From positions 930,001 to 994,000 of the forward strand of contig JANJGN010000071.1 in the NCBI GenBank assembly GCA_026770705.1: 64,000 bases of DNA. The letters run 5' to 3'. Under the pieces are notes generated by a model. The model searched no databases. It worked only from the letters and a program-made list of their open reading frames with translations, and was not told the origin of the DNA. Of the stretch, positions 1 to 12,229 are shown piece by piece. Every line of letters starts with the position of its first letter. Position 1 is the first letter of the stretch. The translations under genes were made by a program, and so were the position numbers. This DNA is from Isurus oxyrinchus. Lineage: Eukaryota.

Positions 1-248
1 GCGTGTGGATGTAAGCTGCACCTTCAACACAACGTGCAATGGAACAGCAGCACCTGTCTTAACCTGGGACACTCCCACTGACGTACCTGTATCAGTCTCA
101 AACACTGTAACTCAGCATGGTGTCACTCTGACCTATACTTCTGTTCTGACCCTGATCCCATCACTCAAACACCACGGACACACTCTCAGCTGCAGAGTGA
201 GATATCCATCTGTTTCATCGGAGCGGACCCTCGTACTAACTGTACAAG
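1..248 (+). CDS. Siglec-like gene A: C2-set Ig domain 2 exon (5' truncated by the window edge)
   Basis: Encodes VDVSCTFNTTCNGTAAPVLTW...TLSCRVRYP...LTVQ with a donor CAAG|gtaagt at 248/249. Near-identical to exons 17055-17342 and 28060-28356. Confidence 0.9.
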
Positions 249-586
249 GTAAGTTGAGATATCCTTCATTCTACATCAGCACTCCCTCAGCGCTGACCCT
301 CTGACAGTGCAGCCCGTTCTCAGTGTCCACATTCTCAGACCTCTCAAAGTGCTTCACAGTCCATAGAAGTTAATTGATCTTTATTTGATTGTTGCTGAAT
401 GAAGAGACAAGCTGTTTAAACTTTAAATCTCACACACATTATTTTCCATGGCAACACATCCACATATCAGAGACCACTTGCCAACCAATCAGCACTCTCT
501 TCCCTTTAAATATAAATTGTTGTTCACTCTCTGTTGGTAAACATGCGATCTGTCTTGTTGAGTCCTGCCCTGATATCTGAATATCA

Positions 587-724
587 CAATGAACAGAACA
601 AGTTCCAACAATGAGCTGTGGTTGGTGATTCCTCACGTTAAATCCAGGGACACTGGAGACTATCAGTGTTTGGCAGAGAATGAACATGGAGCAGTGGAGG
701 GATTCATAACCATCACTGTGGAAT
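587..724 (+). pseudogene. Gene A: 3' half of Ig3 exon; acceptor and 5' half replaced by unrelated sequence (~387-586)
   Basis: MNRTSSNNELWLVIPHVKSRDTGDYQCLAENEHGAVEGFITITVE with an intact donor GAAT|gtgagt. Upstream intron homology to 20170-20232 stops at ~386. Confidence 0.85.
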
Positions 725-2407
725 GTGAGTGTACACAGATTTCATCATCTGTCTCAGATTGAAACATGACACAAACACACACAAATATACAGACCTAAAT
801 AGACACCTGCAGATACACAATCCCTCGTATATGAGCACACACAAAGACACAAACAAACACACTAGCACAATACTCCCCAGTGGGTTACCTGACCTCCCTC
901 AGTGCTGCACTGGAGAGTTGACCTGGATTCTGAGATTTCTGTTCCCTTTCATGTTTATGGAAGAATATGGAAATTGCAAAGTCTATTACAGACACTCAGA
1001 TGCATAGAGACACTCACAGATACTCTCTGTCTCTCCAACTCTCTATCCTCCTTTAAGAAGCTTCCTGAAACCTAACCCTTTGACCAGTCAATTGTCCCAA
1101 CTCTTCCTTACCTGAATCTGTGTGAAATTTTGTTTGAGTATCTGAGAGTAAGAGAGAGGTGGAGAGGTTTAGGAAGGGAATTCCTATTGGTGAAAAGCTT
1201 ACATCATGTTCTCACTTTTCCAGTGCCCGTATTTCACCTGATGTCCAATGTCCTTGTTTATAATAGGGATTGCCTATGTAAACGTCACGCTGTAGTTACA
1301 CTGTACCACCAGTGGTGCACAGTAGAACTTAACCCTTGCATCTCTCAGCTTTTCAAGCAAATCCACTTCCCAGTTTGCCTCACAAGCTGTGAGTTCATCG
1401 GAATTAAATTATTTCTCAAATGGTAGATTTGATGTCATTTTATTGAAAACTTCCTCAGTGCCTCCCTGAAGGGTTTACACTCTCTGGGAAGCAGGAATAG
1501 GCTGGATGTTGGGGAGTTCATCTTTTCCCAGAGAGCAGTGATCCTCGGGAATGTGCTGTCTGTGGGTGTGGTGGTTGCTGTTGCTCTGTTGCCTTCAAGA
1601 GGGATCTGGAGTGGTTACTGACTGGGGGAGAGATCATGGAAGCAGAGAATGATACAGCACAGGAGGAAGTCATTCAGCCCATTGTGCCTGTGCCAGGTCT
1701 TTCAATGTTCTATCCCATCAGATCCACTAACCACCACTCCACTTTGCCCCCATCTTCCTCCTTCAAGTGTTTATCCAATTTCCCTTTTGAAAGTTCCTAT
1801 TGAATCTGCTTCCACCGCCCTTTCAGGCAGCACCTTCCAGATCACAACAACTCGCTCTGTCAAAACAAATTCTCCTCATCTCCCCCTCCAGTTCGTCAAT
1901 CTGTGTCCCTCTGGTTACCGACCCTCCTGCCCCGTAAATACATCGATACTGTTCACCTCGACCACTCCCTGTGGGAGCGAGTTCCACATTCTCCCCTCTC
2001 TCTGGGTAAAGATTGGAACTGTTTATTAAGCGGGGGGTGTAAGTCCATGGGGGAGTCCATCTCGATCCTGCCCGATTCGCACACGCGTCCGAGATGGATT
2101 TCCACCCTGCACTAAATGTTTCCAGAATTTTCTACAGCACAATCCTGTACACAGCGATGGAGAGAAACATTGGACAGGGAGTCCAACAGCACAATGTTCC
2201 ATTCTCACCAATGTTCCACGCTAAGGGGAAAGTTCCGACTGTCCACTCTTAGAGAGTTTACAATGAAAACATTCATTCCACATTGAATCCCAGTGGATGG
2301 GTCAATATTACAGCAAATGTTGCAGTGATATGAAGCTTGATTGTTCAGCCAGAGTGAGAGATTGAAAGCGGAGAGTCAGTGATGATTTCTTTCTGTGTGT
2401 TCTCTAG

Positions 2408-2547
2408 ACAGTGGAGGAGAGATTCTGCACGTGATCCTGATCCTGGGAATACGAGCTGTGATATTCCTTGTGGCTGTGGTTATCACTATCGCTGGAGACT
2501 GTGTCTGGGAGGAACAAACAGTGAAAGGAAGTCGACAGACTGTTTGA
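2408..2547 (+). CDS. Gene A: TM + short tail exon (Arg in TM, activating type)
   Basis: Acceptor ttctctag|; phase-1 reading SGGEILHVILILGIRAVIFLVAVVITIAGDCVWEEQTVKGSRQTV-TGA. AATAAA at 3514-3519. Confidence 0.85.
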
Positions 2548-2569
2548 AGCATTGTACAGCAACAATCTC

Positions 2570-3160
2570 ATCATGGAACTGAAGAACGGCATTTGGCCCA
2601 TCGACTCCATGCTGTCTCTCTGTAGAGCAATCCAGTCAGTTCCATTCCCCCACTCTATCCCTGTATCTCTTCAAGTTTATTTCCCCTCAAGTGTCCATCC
2701 AATTTCCTTTTGAAATCGTTCATCGTCTCCGCTTCCACCATCCTCGTAGGCAGCGAGTTCCAACTCATTACCACTTGCTCCTCACATCCCCCCTCTGCCC
2801 AAAACCTTCAATCTGTGTCCCCCAGTCCTTGTACCATCAGCTAATGGCAACAGCTTCTCTTTGTCTACCGTTATCTAAACCCATCATCATCTTGTACACC
2901 TCGATCAGATCCCCCCTCAATCTCCTTTGCTCCATGGAGAACAACCCCAGCTTCTCCAACCCAACCTTGTAGCTAAAATCCCTCATCCCTGGACCCATTC
3001 TGCTCAATCTCCTCCCCACCCTCTCAAGGACCCTCACTTCCTTCCCAAAGTGAGGAGACCAGAACTGGACACAATACTCTAGTTGTCACCTAAACAGAGC
3101 TTTATAAATGTTCAGCATACCTCCCTGTGTTTGTACTCAATCCCTCGATTTATGAAAAGC
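2570..3160 (-). mobile_element. CR1 LINE 3' fragment in the putative 3' UTR of gene A (copy at ~22390-22990 in gene B)
   Basis: Minus-strand VLERVGRRLSRMGPG...LGLFSMEQRRLRGDLIEVYKMM, the CR1 RT C-terminus. Confidence 0.8.
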
Positions 3161-3876
3161 TTATTCTTTCCATCAGCACAAACAGCAATTTCCAAGCGGA
3201 CTCCCATCAGCAGACAGAGTGCAATGAAACATCGGCATGCCTGCTTCTTAATGTACGGAGAGAAACCTGGAACGAGAGATTCTCCTTCTTCTCCTCAGCA
3301 AGCTGAAACTTTTCCTTATACCTCGTGCTCCCCAGTCCTGCTGTGTGGACACATCATAACCACGGCATTATCTGGCTGTGTGCAGCCAACATGGTCGAAT
3401 AGGAATGAACAGAACTGTGACGTTGCTAAACTCTGTTCTCTGATTGGAATGTGCTTTCTGAATACTGCACCTTTTTCATGCTGCGATAGATTGTAGGAGG
3501 CATTTGGGTTATGAATAAAATTACATTGATTAACTCAAGTGATTAAAATGCTCAGCCTGTTCTGTAGATATTTATAGATTAAAATTCTTATTTTGCAGCC
3601 AAATTCTTGGCTCAAAGACATTACTTCATGTTGTCACATTTTCTCCATGATATGAATTCCATTGCCCATCTTTATAATAGAAATTTCCAATGTAAACATG
3701 TCACATTGTCGTTGCACACTCCTGCCAGTGGTGGTGCCATTCCAAAGCTGTCTTGCTGCACTGACACAGTGAGAATTATTCTTGACTTGTACATGATGTT
3801 GTTGTTACACAGACATCAGGCGGAATCTTGGGCTGTGCCTAGAATGCACTTAGGACATTGCGGACCACAATCAGAA

Positions 3877-4860
3877 CTGACAGTGCAGCGTTTCCTCAGT
3901 GCTGACCCTCCGTCAGTGCAGCGCTCCCTCATTACTGTCCCTCTGACAGTGCTGCACAACCTCATTATTGACCCTTTTCAAGTGCAGCACCCCGTCAGCA
4001 CTAACCTTCTGACAGTGCAGCATTCCCTCATGGCTGACAATCTGACAGTGCAGCACTCCCTCAGTACTCACCCACCCACAGTACAGCACTCCCTCAGTAC
4101 TGATTCTCTGACACTGTATCCCTCCCTCACTACTGACCTTCCGACAGTTCAGCACTCCCGTGGTACAGACTCTCTGACAGTGCAGCACTCCCTCAGTACT
4201 CAACCTCCCACAGTGCAGCACTCTATCAGTACTCCCACTGTGCTGCGCAAGTTGTTTCAATCAAGATTGGTGCCCAAAGAGGGAGGTTTCATTGCTACAT
4301 CATTGAAATCAGTGAAAATTATTTTTAGGCTTACGGGAACAAGACTTAGTTCCTCAAATCCTTTCTTTTGCAATAACACACAGTACAAGAATCTCTGTTT
4401 AAATAAATTCCAGTTAAACTTTGCCATGAAAGGATATCTGCTCTTACTCCGCTCTACCTCAGTATTAACCATCCCACAGTCCGGCACCCCCTCAATACTG
4501 AGCCTCCGACTGTGTGGAACTCACTCAGTACAGACACGCTGACTGTTCAGCACTCCCACATTACTGACCATCTGATAGTGCAGCACTCCCTCATTACTGA
4601 CCCTCTGACAGTGCAGCACTCCCACATTACTGACCCTCTGACAGTGCAGCACTCCCTCACTACTGTCCCTCCTACATTGCAGCACTCCCTCATTACTGAA
4701 CCTCTGACAATGCAGCACTCCCACATTGCTCACCCTCTGATATTGCAGCACCCCCACATTACTGACCCTCTGCTAGTGCAGCACTCCCTCAGTACTGACT
4801 CTCCCACAGTGCAGCACTCCCACAGTACTGTCCCACTGACAGTGCAGCACTCCCTCCGTA
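3877..4860. repeat. 33-bp minisatellite arrays (acagtgcagcactccctcagtactgaccctctg), interrupted at ~4250-4460
   Basis: Visible tandem units; they produce spurious TVQHSLSTDPL-repeat ORFs. Confidence 0.9.
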
Positions 4861-5083
4861 ATGATAACAGGGATCGTTGAAATGAATCATAAGGCCAGAG
4901 ACCTGTATTGGGAACTCTTATCGCCTGAGTTTCAGCCTCCGAGGTGAGGGGGAGGAGTCTAATCCCACGGAGCCAATGGAGAAGCTTCATGACTAAAGAT
5001 GCCCATATATGAGCTGACAGATCATCAGTTGGTAAACGTTTTGCTGAGAGCACAAAACATCCTCGACCTTCTCACTGGTTACC

Positions 5084-5224
5084 CACTTCCTCATTTTGTC
5101 TCACAGTGACACATCCACCCTTTCTAATTAAACACACAGAGGGAGCAGCACAGGAAGAGGTCATTCAGCTCAAGCAGAGCGGGTGGGCAGTTCCTCTCCA
5201 GACGAGCAGTCGGACGGGTCCTGG
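5084..5224 (+). promoter_or_regulatory. Gene B putative promoter and non-coding exon 1, with PU.1/ETS motifs
   Basis: CACTTCCTCATTT (5084-5096; reverse AAATGAGGAAGTG), a CAGGAAG at ~5150, and donor CTGG|gtaagt at 5224/5225. Paralogous copy at 25350-25490. Confidence 0.6.
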
Positions 5225-5674
5225 GTAAGTAACGGAACGATTGGAATTCACTTCCATGACCAACACCGTCCTTTGTTGATGTTGTGACTTTATAAAGACA
5301 GATTCCAATGATTGATGCATTTGAAAGATTTCTACTGATTATTGAGATCAGGGTGTGAGGCTCAAGTCTGTTGTACAGAACATCTTTCTAGCTCAAGGGA
5401 TGAGGGAATTGCAGAGACATGAGCTTTGGGACGTCTTGAGGTGGTGAAAGGTGCAATAGAAATGCAAATCCTTCAATGTTTTTCTTTCTTAAAGCCTTGT
5501 AACTCTCTGCAGAGTACCTATCATCCCACAGAGAATTAAATTAGTCTGTCAAGACATTGTCCAAAAGCAGTTCTGATCTCTTGAGAGCTGTCGGACAAGA
5601 GGTGAGGTCTATTTAACTCCTTTCTCTTTCAGAGTTTGAGAGTCAGAAGCTAATGAAATATCTGGGAGTGGACA

Positions 5675-5714
5675 ATGATCGGGAAATCTTACTTCCTCCT
5701 GTCACTTCTCCAAG
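5675..5714 (+). CDS. Gene B: signal-peptide exon (exon starts at 5633)
   Basis: Acceptor tttctctttcag|; ATG gives MIGKSYFLLSLLQ; phase-1 donor CAAG|gtaata. Identical coding sequence at 25941-25980. Confidence 0.85.
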
Positions 5715-7109
5715 GTAATAACATCATCAGCTTGGACAGATTTATGGTTAATAGTCTTTGTAAAAGATCATTCTTATTGAGCTGTGATTGGGAAACGATT
5801 CAGCAGTGAGCCAGTGTACAAACACACACCAAGTCCCATTCACCCATCACCCCTGTGCTCACTGATATACACTGACTCCATGTCTGACAGCAGAATTGGA
5901 GGAGAGCAGACATCTCAGAGGGTTTTAGGGTTGGAGGAGGTTACACAGATAGAGAGTGTAGAGGGGTGATGGTGTGGTAAGAAATCGATGATGAGAATTT
6001 GAAATTTGAGTCATTGATGTACTGGGAGTCAGTGTAGGTCAGTGAGTGACAGGGAAGCGATCGGCTGAATAGAGAATCAGGGATAAAAACTGGGGGATGA
6101 AGTCTATCCTGATGCTAGGACACGGATAACAATGCCCTGAAATTTTGTGTCTTTTGCTGATCTAAGTCAGGACTTCCCATGAAGACAACACATCAGCTCC
6201 TAGAATAGACAGGCTGTTCAGTGTCACACTTCCTGTCCATTCTCACCATGCTAGATACTTCAATAAGGGAGCAAGATAACTGAAAGAGACAAGGGAGGCA
6301 AAGCTGTCTATATGTAGAACTGTCAAATATTCTGAGTTATCATGATTGTCTCTGATCTGCTGCAGAGTTTAAATTTCACAGAATCTGAGCACTTTGCAGC
6401 TCAGAGAGAGACCATTGACTCACTGCCTGAAAGGGCGGTGGAAGCAGATTCAACAGGAACTTTCAGAAGGGGAACTGGATAAATACTTGAAGGGGACATT
6501 TTGCAGGGCTGTGGAGGAGAGAGCAGAGGTGAGAGTGGGACTAATTGGACAGATCTTTCAAAGGCCCAGCGCAGGCTCGATGGACCAAATGGCTTCCTTC
6601 TGTTCCAGATCATTCTACAATCTGACAAATTAAGCCCCACATCAATAACTCTTCAGGCTCCCGCTGCAGGGATGGATCTTTGAGAAGGACAGGGAACAAG
6701 AGGTTTCTGGTAACATTTTCATAATTCTTGACAATTACATAAATGTATAGATCTGTTGAATATTTAAGTCTCTAAAGCATAGAGGTAATCTGCTGTTACG
6801 CCCAGGTCTTGTGGTGGGAACCTTGTCTGGAGGTGTCTTTAATTGCTCACATTGATCTGTGGGATTGTCATTCATCGATGTTGCCCCTTGTTTCAATTGG
6901 CATTTTACCCTTGATGCAACTGGGGAGGCTTTAAACTAACATGGCAGGGGATGGGATCCCAAGAAGAGGTTGACCAAAGGGAGATGCACAGCCAAAATTA
7001 GAAGAGAGAGCAAATGAACGTGGAAGGCAGAGAAATTATTGGCAGAAGATAGAATGGCAAAGTTGGATTGCAATTATTTTAATGCAAGGAGTCTGACAGA
7101 CTTGCATTC

Positions 7110-10100
7110 TCCTGCAGGTGTGATGTTCCAGCTCCCTTGAAATTGCCAATATTGTTGAAACTTTCTGCATATTTCAATGTTATGTCATGAACTGAGGTGA
7201 TGGAGTAGTTTCTGAGACTGGGACACACATAAATCCTTTGGCTTTCGGCTGGTCCGGACAATCCTGGCAGTGGGTGGGGCCAGCAAATCCCACCCCTTGG
7301 GACATTTTCAGTTTATTTGATGTGCCCAGAGAGATCAATAAAGACCTCAATCCACAATTTATTGGCAAGCCACGTCAGGATATGTGTGAGAGGTGGAGTA
7401 TCGATCACCGCTCCTCGTCTCACCGTGCACATCATCGCCATTTCCTGGTTTGTCAGTCACCACATGTCTATGTTCCTGATGGGATAGGGGATGGTCATTC
7501 TTATTGCTTGAAGGTTCCCCGTTGTGCAGGGTTAGTTTGGATCAGCGCACAGCTCTTTGTAGCGGCATCAGCCTTTGCTCTAGTGCCCTGCCGCTGTCAA
7601 TGGCCCTTTCTGCCACAAGCCTTGCAGGATTGGTGGAAAGCTGGGCATTTCCTTGGTGCTTGCAGAAGGCCACACCTTCCACACGTCTCACTAGGTCTGG
7701 ATGTTCTAGTGAGTGTGTCAACAATTGATGTTGTACTGAGGACCTGTAAGCTTCGTTGACCTGCGAGGATCACTTCGTATTTATGTCCATCCTTGAGTAG
7801 CTCTTCAATGCTGTAGGTTTTGGTCTTATCTAGCAGATCTTTCTGGAAGGCTTCCATGGGAGTGGATGCGATCACCAACTCAACAACTGTGTCTGCAGGC
7901 TCTGTGTTTGAAATCACAGTGCGTACCCTTTTCTCTACATCGGCTGATGAAGTGGTCTATGGATTGTGTAGGCTGATGAAATGACATAAACTCTAGTTGA
8001 TGAATATGAAGTTTAACCTGATTCTGAACCTGTCTTCCAATGTCGTCCATATCTATTGGGGATCCTTTCGCTCTTCTGCTGTTAATCCTGACGTGTTCAG
8101 CCTGTGTAGACCTTCATTCCCAATCGCGAGGTGAATTTTTATGGCTTGCTCGTCTGGTTCAGTCACACCTGAATCAGGAAACCAGAGCTCTGTACGCTGT
8201 TTAAACATTCTGAATTCAGATAGTCGGTCAGCTACATCCCAGTTCAAACTGGGGAATTTCGTGGACATTCTGACAATATTCCTTTGACATTCCTTCTCCT
8301 ACAGGACCTGGGATGAGTGTCGCTTTAGCCCCTTTCGTGTGCTTTTCCGAAGCTCCGCCCACGGAGACGGGTTGTGGCAGGAACACACCACGGAGTAATG
8401 GAGTCTTTGTTTTTTATTCAATTTGCTGTTCAGCAATCTCGAAGCCACCCGTTATAATCACTAACTTCTCTGGCCTGATTTTTATAATGGTTTTTGTGTG
8501 TTTGACTCTCCCTCGCTCACTATCGATCCAGCCCACACTCTGGTCACTCGCCTTCCCTGACTGAGCTAACCCGCTGCTGGTCCTGGCGATACACACTGTC
8601 CCACTCACTGACCTACAGGCCGTGTGCTGTAATCTCACCACGAGGGATCCGTCTGCTCCCCAGCTCTTTACTTGTGCTCTGTCCCGTCACTGTGTCTTCA
8701 AAGGTTTCCTGAGCAGTCAGTACACTGCGATTTCAACCCTCTCTGATGCTGTGTCTCTGTTCTGGTCTGACCAAAGCGTCGAGGGTCGTCTCATGTCATG
8801 TAGCTCGATCTAAGGCTGTTCACCACATCATACCTGTACTGAATCTTGCTGCCAGAATGTTTGGCCACCGCTGATCACCATGTTGTGTTTTTATAATGAT
8901 ATAAAGGCACCAGCCACTGATACGGAATTGGGTAAATGCATTGTGGGTTCATTTATTTAGAACAGGGACATGAGAACAAGGATAGAAAGCTGGGAGACAC
9001 CTGCGGCCAAACTGTGTGAGCTGTGTTCTGCTCACAGGCCAAAGTGAAACTTGGACTGGATGGTGTTATCATCCCAGCTGATGTTACTACTGGGCAAGTC
9101 AGATCCCAGGGTGGAGCTCAGCTTGATAGGTCCTAACTTTTATTTTTTATTTAGGAATGTGGAGTGCTGCTACTGAACAGAGTCACAGGAATCATCTGAT
9201 GACCTTCTAACAAAAGAATAAAACATTTATTAAATTAGGAAAGACTGATTATATTACATTACTCCTTCACCCAGACCTATACATTTACAGATTCATAAGT
9301 AGAATACAAGTTACAATAACTATCTTATACTCTCATGTTCACACTAAGTACACAGTTCATGCAAACCAATAGACGACCTGGTGTCAGGGACACCACATTC
9401 TGTAACCAAGTGATAGACCCCAATTGGAACAAATGCTATGGGTTTCAGCTCAACTGACTCCAGACACTTGTTACACCATGAGGCAACTGGTCTTACAAAA
9501 CTGTATCTTTCACATGAGAGTTTCCAATCTCTACTCGTCAAGTGCTCTCTTTGGAATCTTCTCCAACATGACACTTTCACTCAGAGACCTTCCACAAGGG
9601 TCCACTTCCACGATTTCAAACTCTCCTTCCCATGTTCCTGCCCCCTGGATCGCCACATGCATTCAGCCTTCCTTCTACGCGTTGTCTCTCCAATGCTCAG
9701 TCATGCCAATGGAACACCATGGCTTCACATTGTCATAGTAAGAAGACATCAACATTTGGCTGTCTCCTATGATCTTCTGGCTTCTAATAAGCCTTTTTTG
9801 CTTTAGGTCTGTGTCCTTTTGCTTTTTCTCTTTTAGCTTGGATCCCTCCTCTGCTCCTCAATCTTAACTTGACTTAACAGGACCTTTTTCAGATTCCTGA
9901 TCTTCTTTGGAGTAGAAGGTCTTCTTGGCTCTTTCTCCTGTTCCACTCGATAGTTTTGGCTTCTTCTTTACTTTGGGACTGACTATCTGTCCCGCTCCTT
10001 TGCTGCTTCTCCTGGCAACTCCTTTCAACCAAACTGAAAGCACATTTCTGTTTTTCTCTGTCTCTATGAGTCCGTCCCTATGGATCACTGTTGCTTAGCA

Positions 10101-10383
10101 ACAGCACAGTTTCTTACACCTTGTGTTTGTTTTGACTTTCCTTCAAGAGACATCAAACCCCATTAGATTGCTAAATGAAAATGAAACCAAAACTGAAGTT
10201 TCCCCCTTTCTTAACACACAAATACAGAAATCAAACTAAACTTGAACTTAAAGATAGACCTTAAACCCTAACACACACAAATACACATAGAACTTACTTA
10301 AGCTATCCCCAGTTCTAAAATCACATGACACACTTCCCCTCGAGTGATGTCATGCTGCTGTCCCTGAAAGGCATATTACAACA
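7110..10383 (-). mobile_element. Decayed Ty3/Gypsy-like LTR retrotransposon (gag, PBS, 5' LTR) with a nested insertion in its LTR
   Basis: Minus-strand gag-like ORFs 8053-8268 and 7597-7917 with a CCHC-like knuckle (CKACGRKGH). PBS-like TGGTGATCAGCGGTGG abuts the LTR at 8880/8881. LTR termini tgttgt (8881) ... acaaca (10383), with unrelated sequence at ~9065-10320. Confidence 0.7.
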
Positions 10384-10384
10384 G

Positions 10385-11309
10385 TGTTATCACTTGACAG
10401 GTGATGTGTGCCAGGCAGACCAAGTCCATGAGAGAAAGGTGGTCACACTATCATAATGATTTTGCAATTTGTATTTATTATGAGATGTGTGCACTGAATT
10501 CAGAAGCAATAATTACACCAAGACCTTTAGAGATTTGAAAATTAAATTAAAATTCTTGCTCTCAAAATAAAAGATTTCAAGCACATACATAACTCTACAA
10601 TTACCACTATAATAATTCTTAAAATTCCAAATTAACCTGACTCCCAGTTACACTCCCTTTAAGGCAACAGACTAAAAATAGATGTTAGATTTAAAACAAC
10701 TCAGCAAGTTAACACAATACAATAGCAATACCCTGCACAGAGGAATTCCAAGTGGCTTTTCCCCAACTTCAGTTCTGTTGGATAGCAGGCTTGTGCACAA
10801 ATGCTAGAGGTTTCATTAAGACTATATCACACACTCGTGTTAGATCTTACATGGCATTCTGACACATAGCCTTTCATTCTCCCTGATAGATATATATTTC
10901 TCTCTTTGTAACATGAAAATTCTATTGTTCCAAATGTTTTTGAAACTGTCTCTTCCTCATAACAATTTCTTTCGTGGTGCCCATATTGCCAGGAGCCTTT
11001 GAGAAAAATAAGCACATTCATTAGTCTTGCTTATCTGGCTAGTTGTAAACAAGCTAAGATTCCTTTGAAATCCAACAACCCCTTCATTGAAATAAAAATG
11101 CAAATTCTCTTCATACCTTCCATGCTAAGCAGCATCCATGTTTCCTCAATAGCATGTCAAGCACCTAGCTCCTTTTGATCATTTTAAACTTCCAATCTAA
11201 TTAACTCCAAATGTACTTAAATCACATGCAGACCCATCATGCGTACCCCCATAAACCTACTTCACAATATACTATAAAATATTATGAAAATTATTATACT
11301 TACATCACA
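10385..11309. mobile_element. Solo LTR-like element
   Basis: TG...CA termini; homologous in reverse orientation to 45150-46101. Confidence 0.65.
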
Positions 11310-11712
11310 ATAGGAACCACTGCCTTAGACACTGAGGATCTAGGACAGCTAGGCCAATTCATGATTCATGATGGTGATAATGGGGGAATTCTGAAGGCTC
11401 TAAATCCATTGTCCTACATTGTAAATCAGCAGTGAACTCACTTCAATCAGTGCGTCTTGTAAACACTGTGTTGGGTGGCAGACTGACTTCACTAAATAGG
11501 TTCCTGAGGGCCATGAGCCAATGTAGAATGAACTTGTCCACTCCTGTGTCCAGAATTCTCTTCGATCTGTGGTAAAACCTTGGGGCATTCATTGTGTGAC
11601 CTGTGGATTATCCAGACTGCAGCCACTGTGCCCCAGTGATGGAGGGGGTGGATATTGAGTATAGTGGATTGAGAAAACATTCAGAGTTAAATATTGATAT
11701 TTCTCTCCGTAG

Positions 11713-12087
11713 TTGGACTATCACAAGTGTGGAAAGTCAACACTCCACGAGAGGTGACAGCGCAGGAAGGTTCGTGTGTACAGATTCCATGTAATTACAG
11801 TTATCCATCATATTTAGTAGCGAGATCACCAGTCGGAATCTGGTATATGAGAAGGAATTGGGAAACATGGAATGAACGGTCTATAGCCTTTCACTCCAAG
11901 GATCATAATCGCGAGTTACCACAGTTCCACCATCGGACCCGGCTGTCTGGAGACCTGAAAGATGGTGACTGTTCCCTGATTATAAACAATGTCAGATGGG
12001 AAGATGCAGGATATTATTTATTCAGAACAGATTTTGACAGCAGGAATAGATACAACGACCGTCCTGAAACCCAGCTTCATGTTTCTG
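11713..12087 (+). CDS. Gene B: V-set sialic-acid-binding domain exon V1
   Basis: Acceptor ctccgtag|, donor TCTG|gtaagt. Siglec hallmarks: GSCVQIPC, GDLKDGDCSL, no F-strand Cys, and the essential-Arg motif YLFR. Confidence 0.9.
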
Positions 12088-12229
12088 GTAAGTGCTGTGT
12101 TATAATTACTCAACAATTCACATCCAACACTCAATGGGAAATAATAGTGTTTGATTTGCTTGTTTTTTGGCCGTGTTAACCAGCGTCACTATTTTTAATG
12201 ATTTGTCTATTTCTGCTCCCAGATCCATG

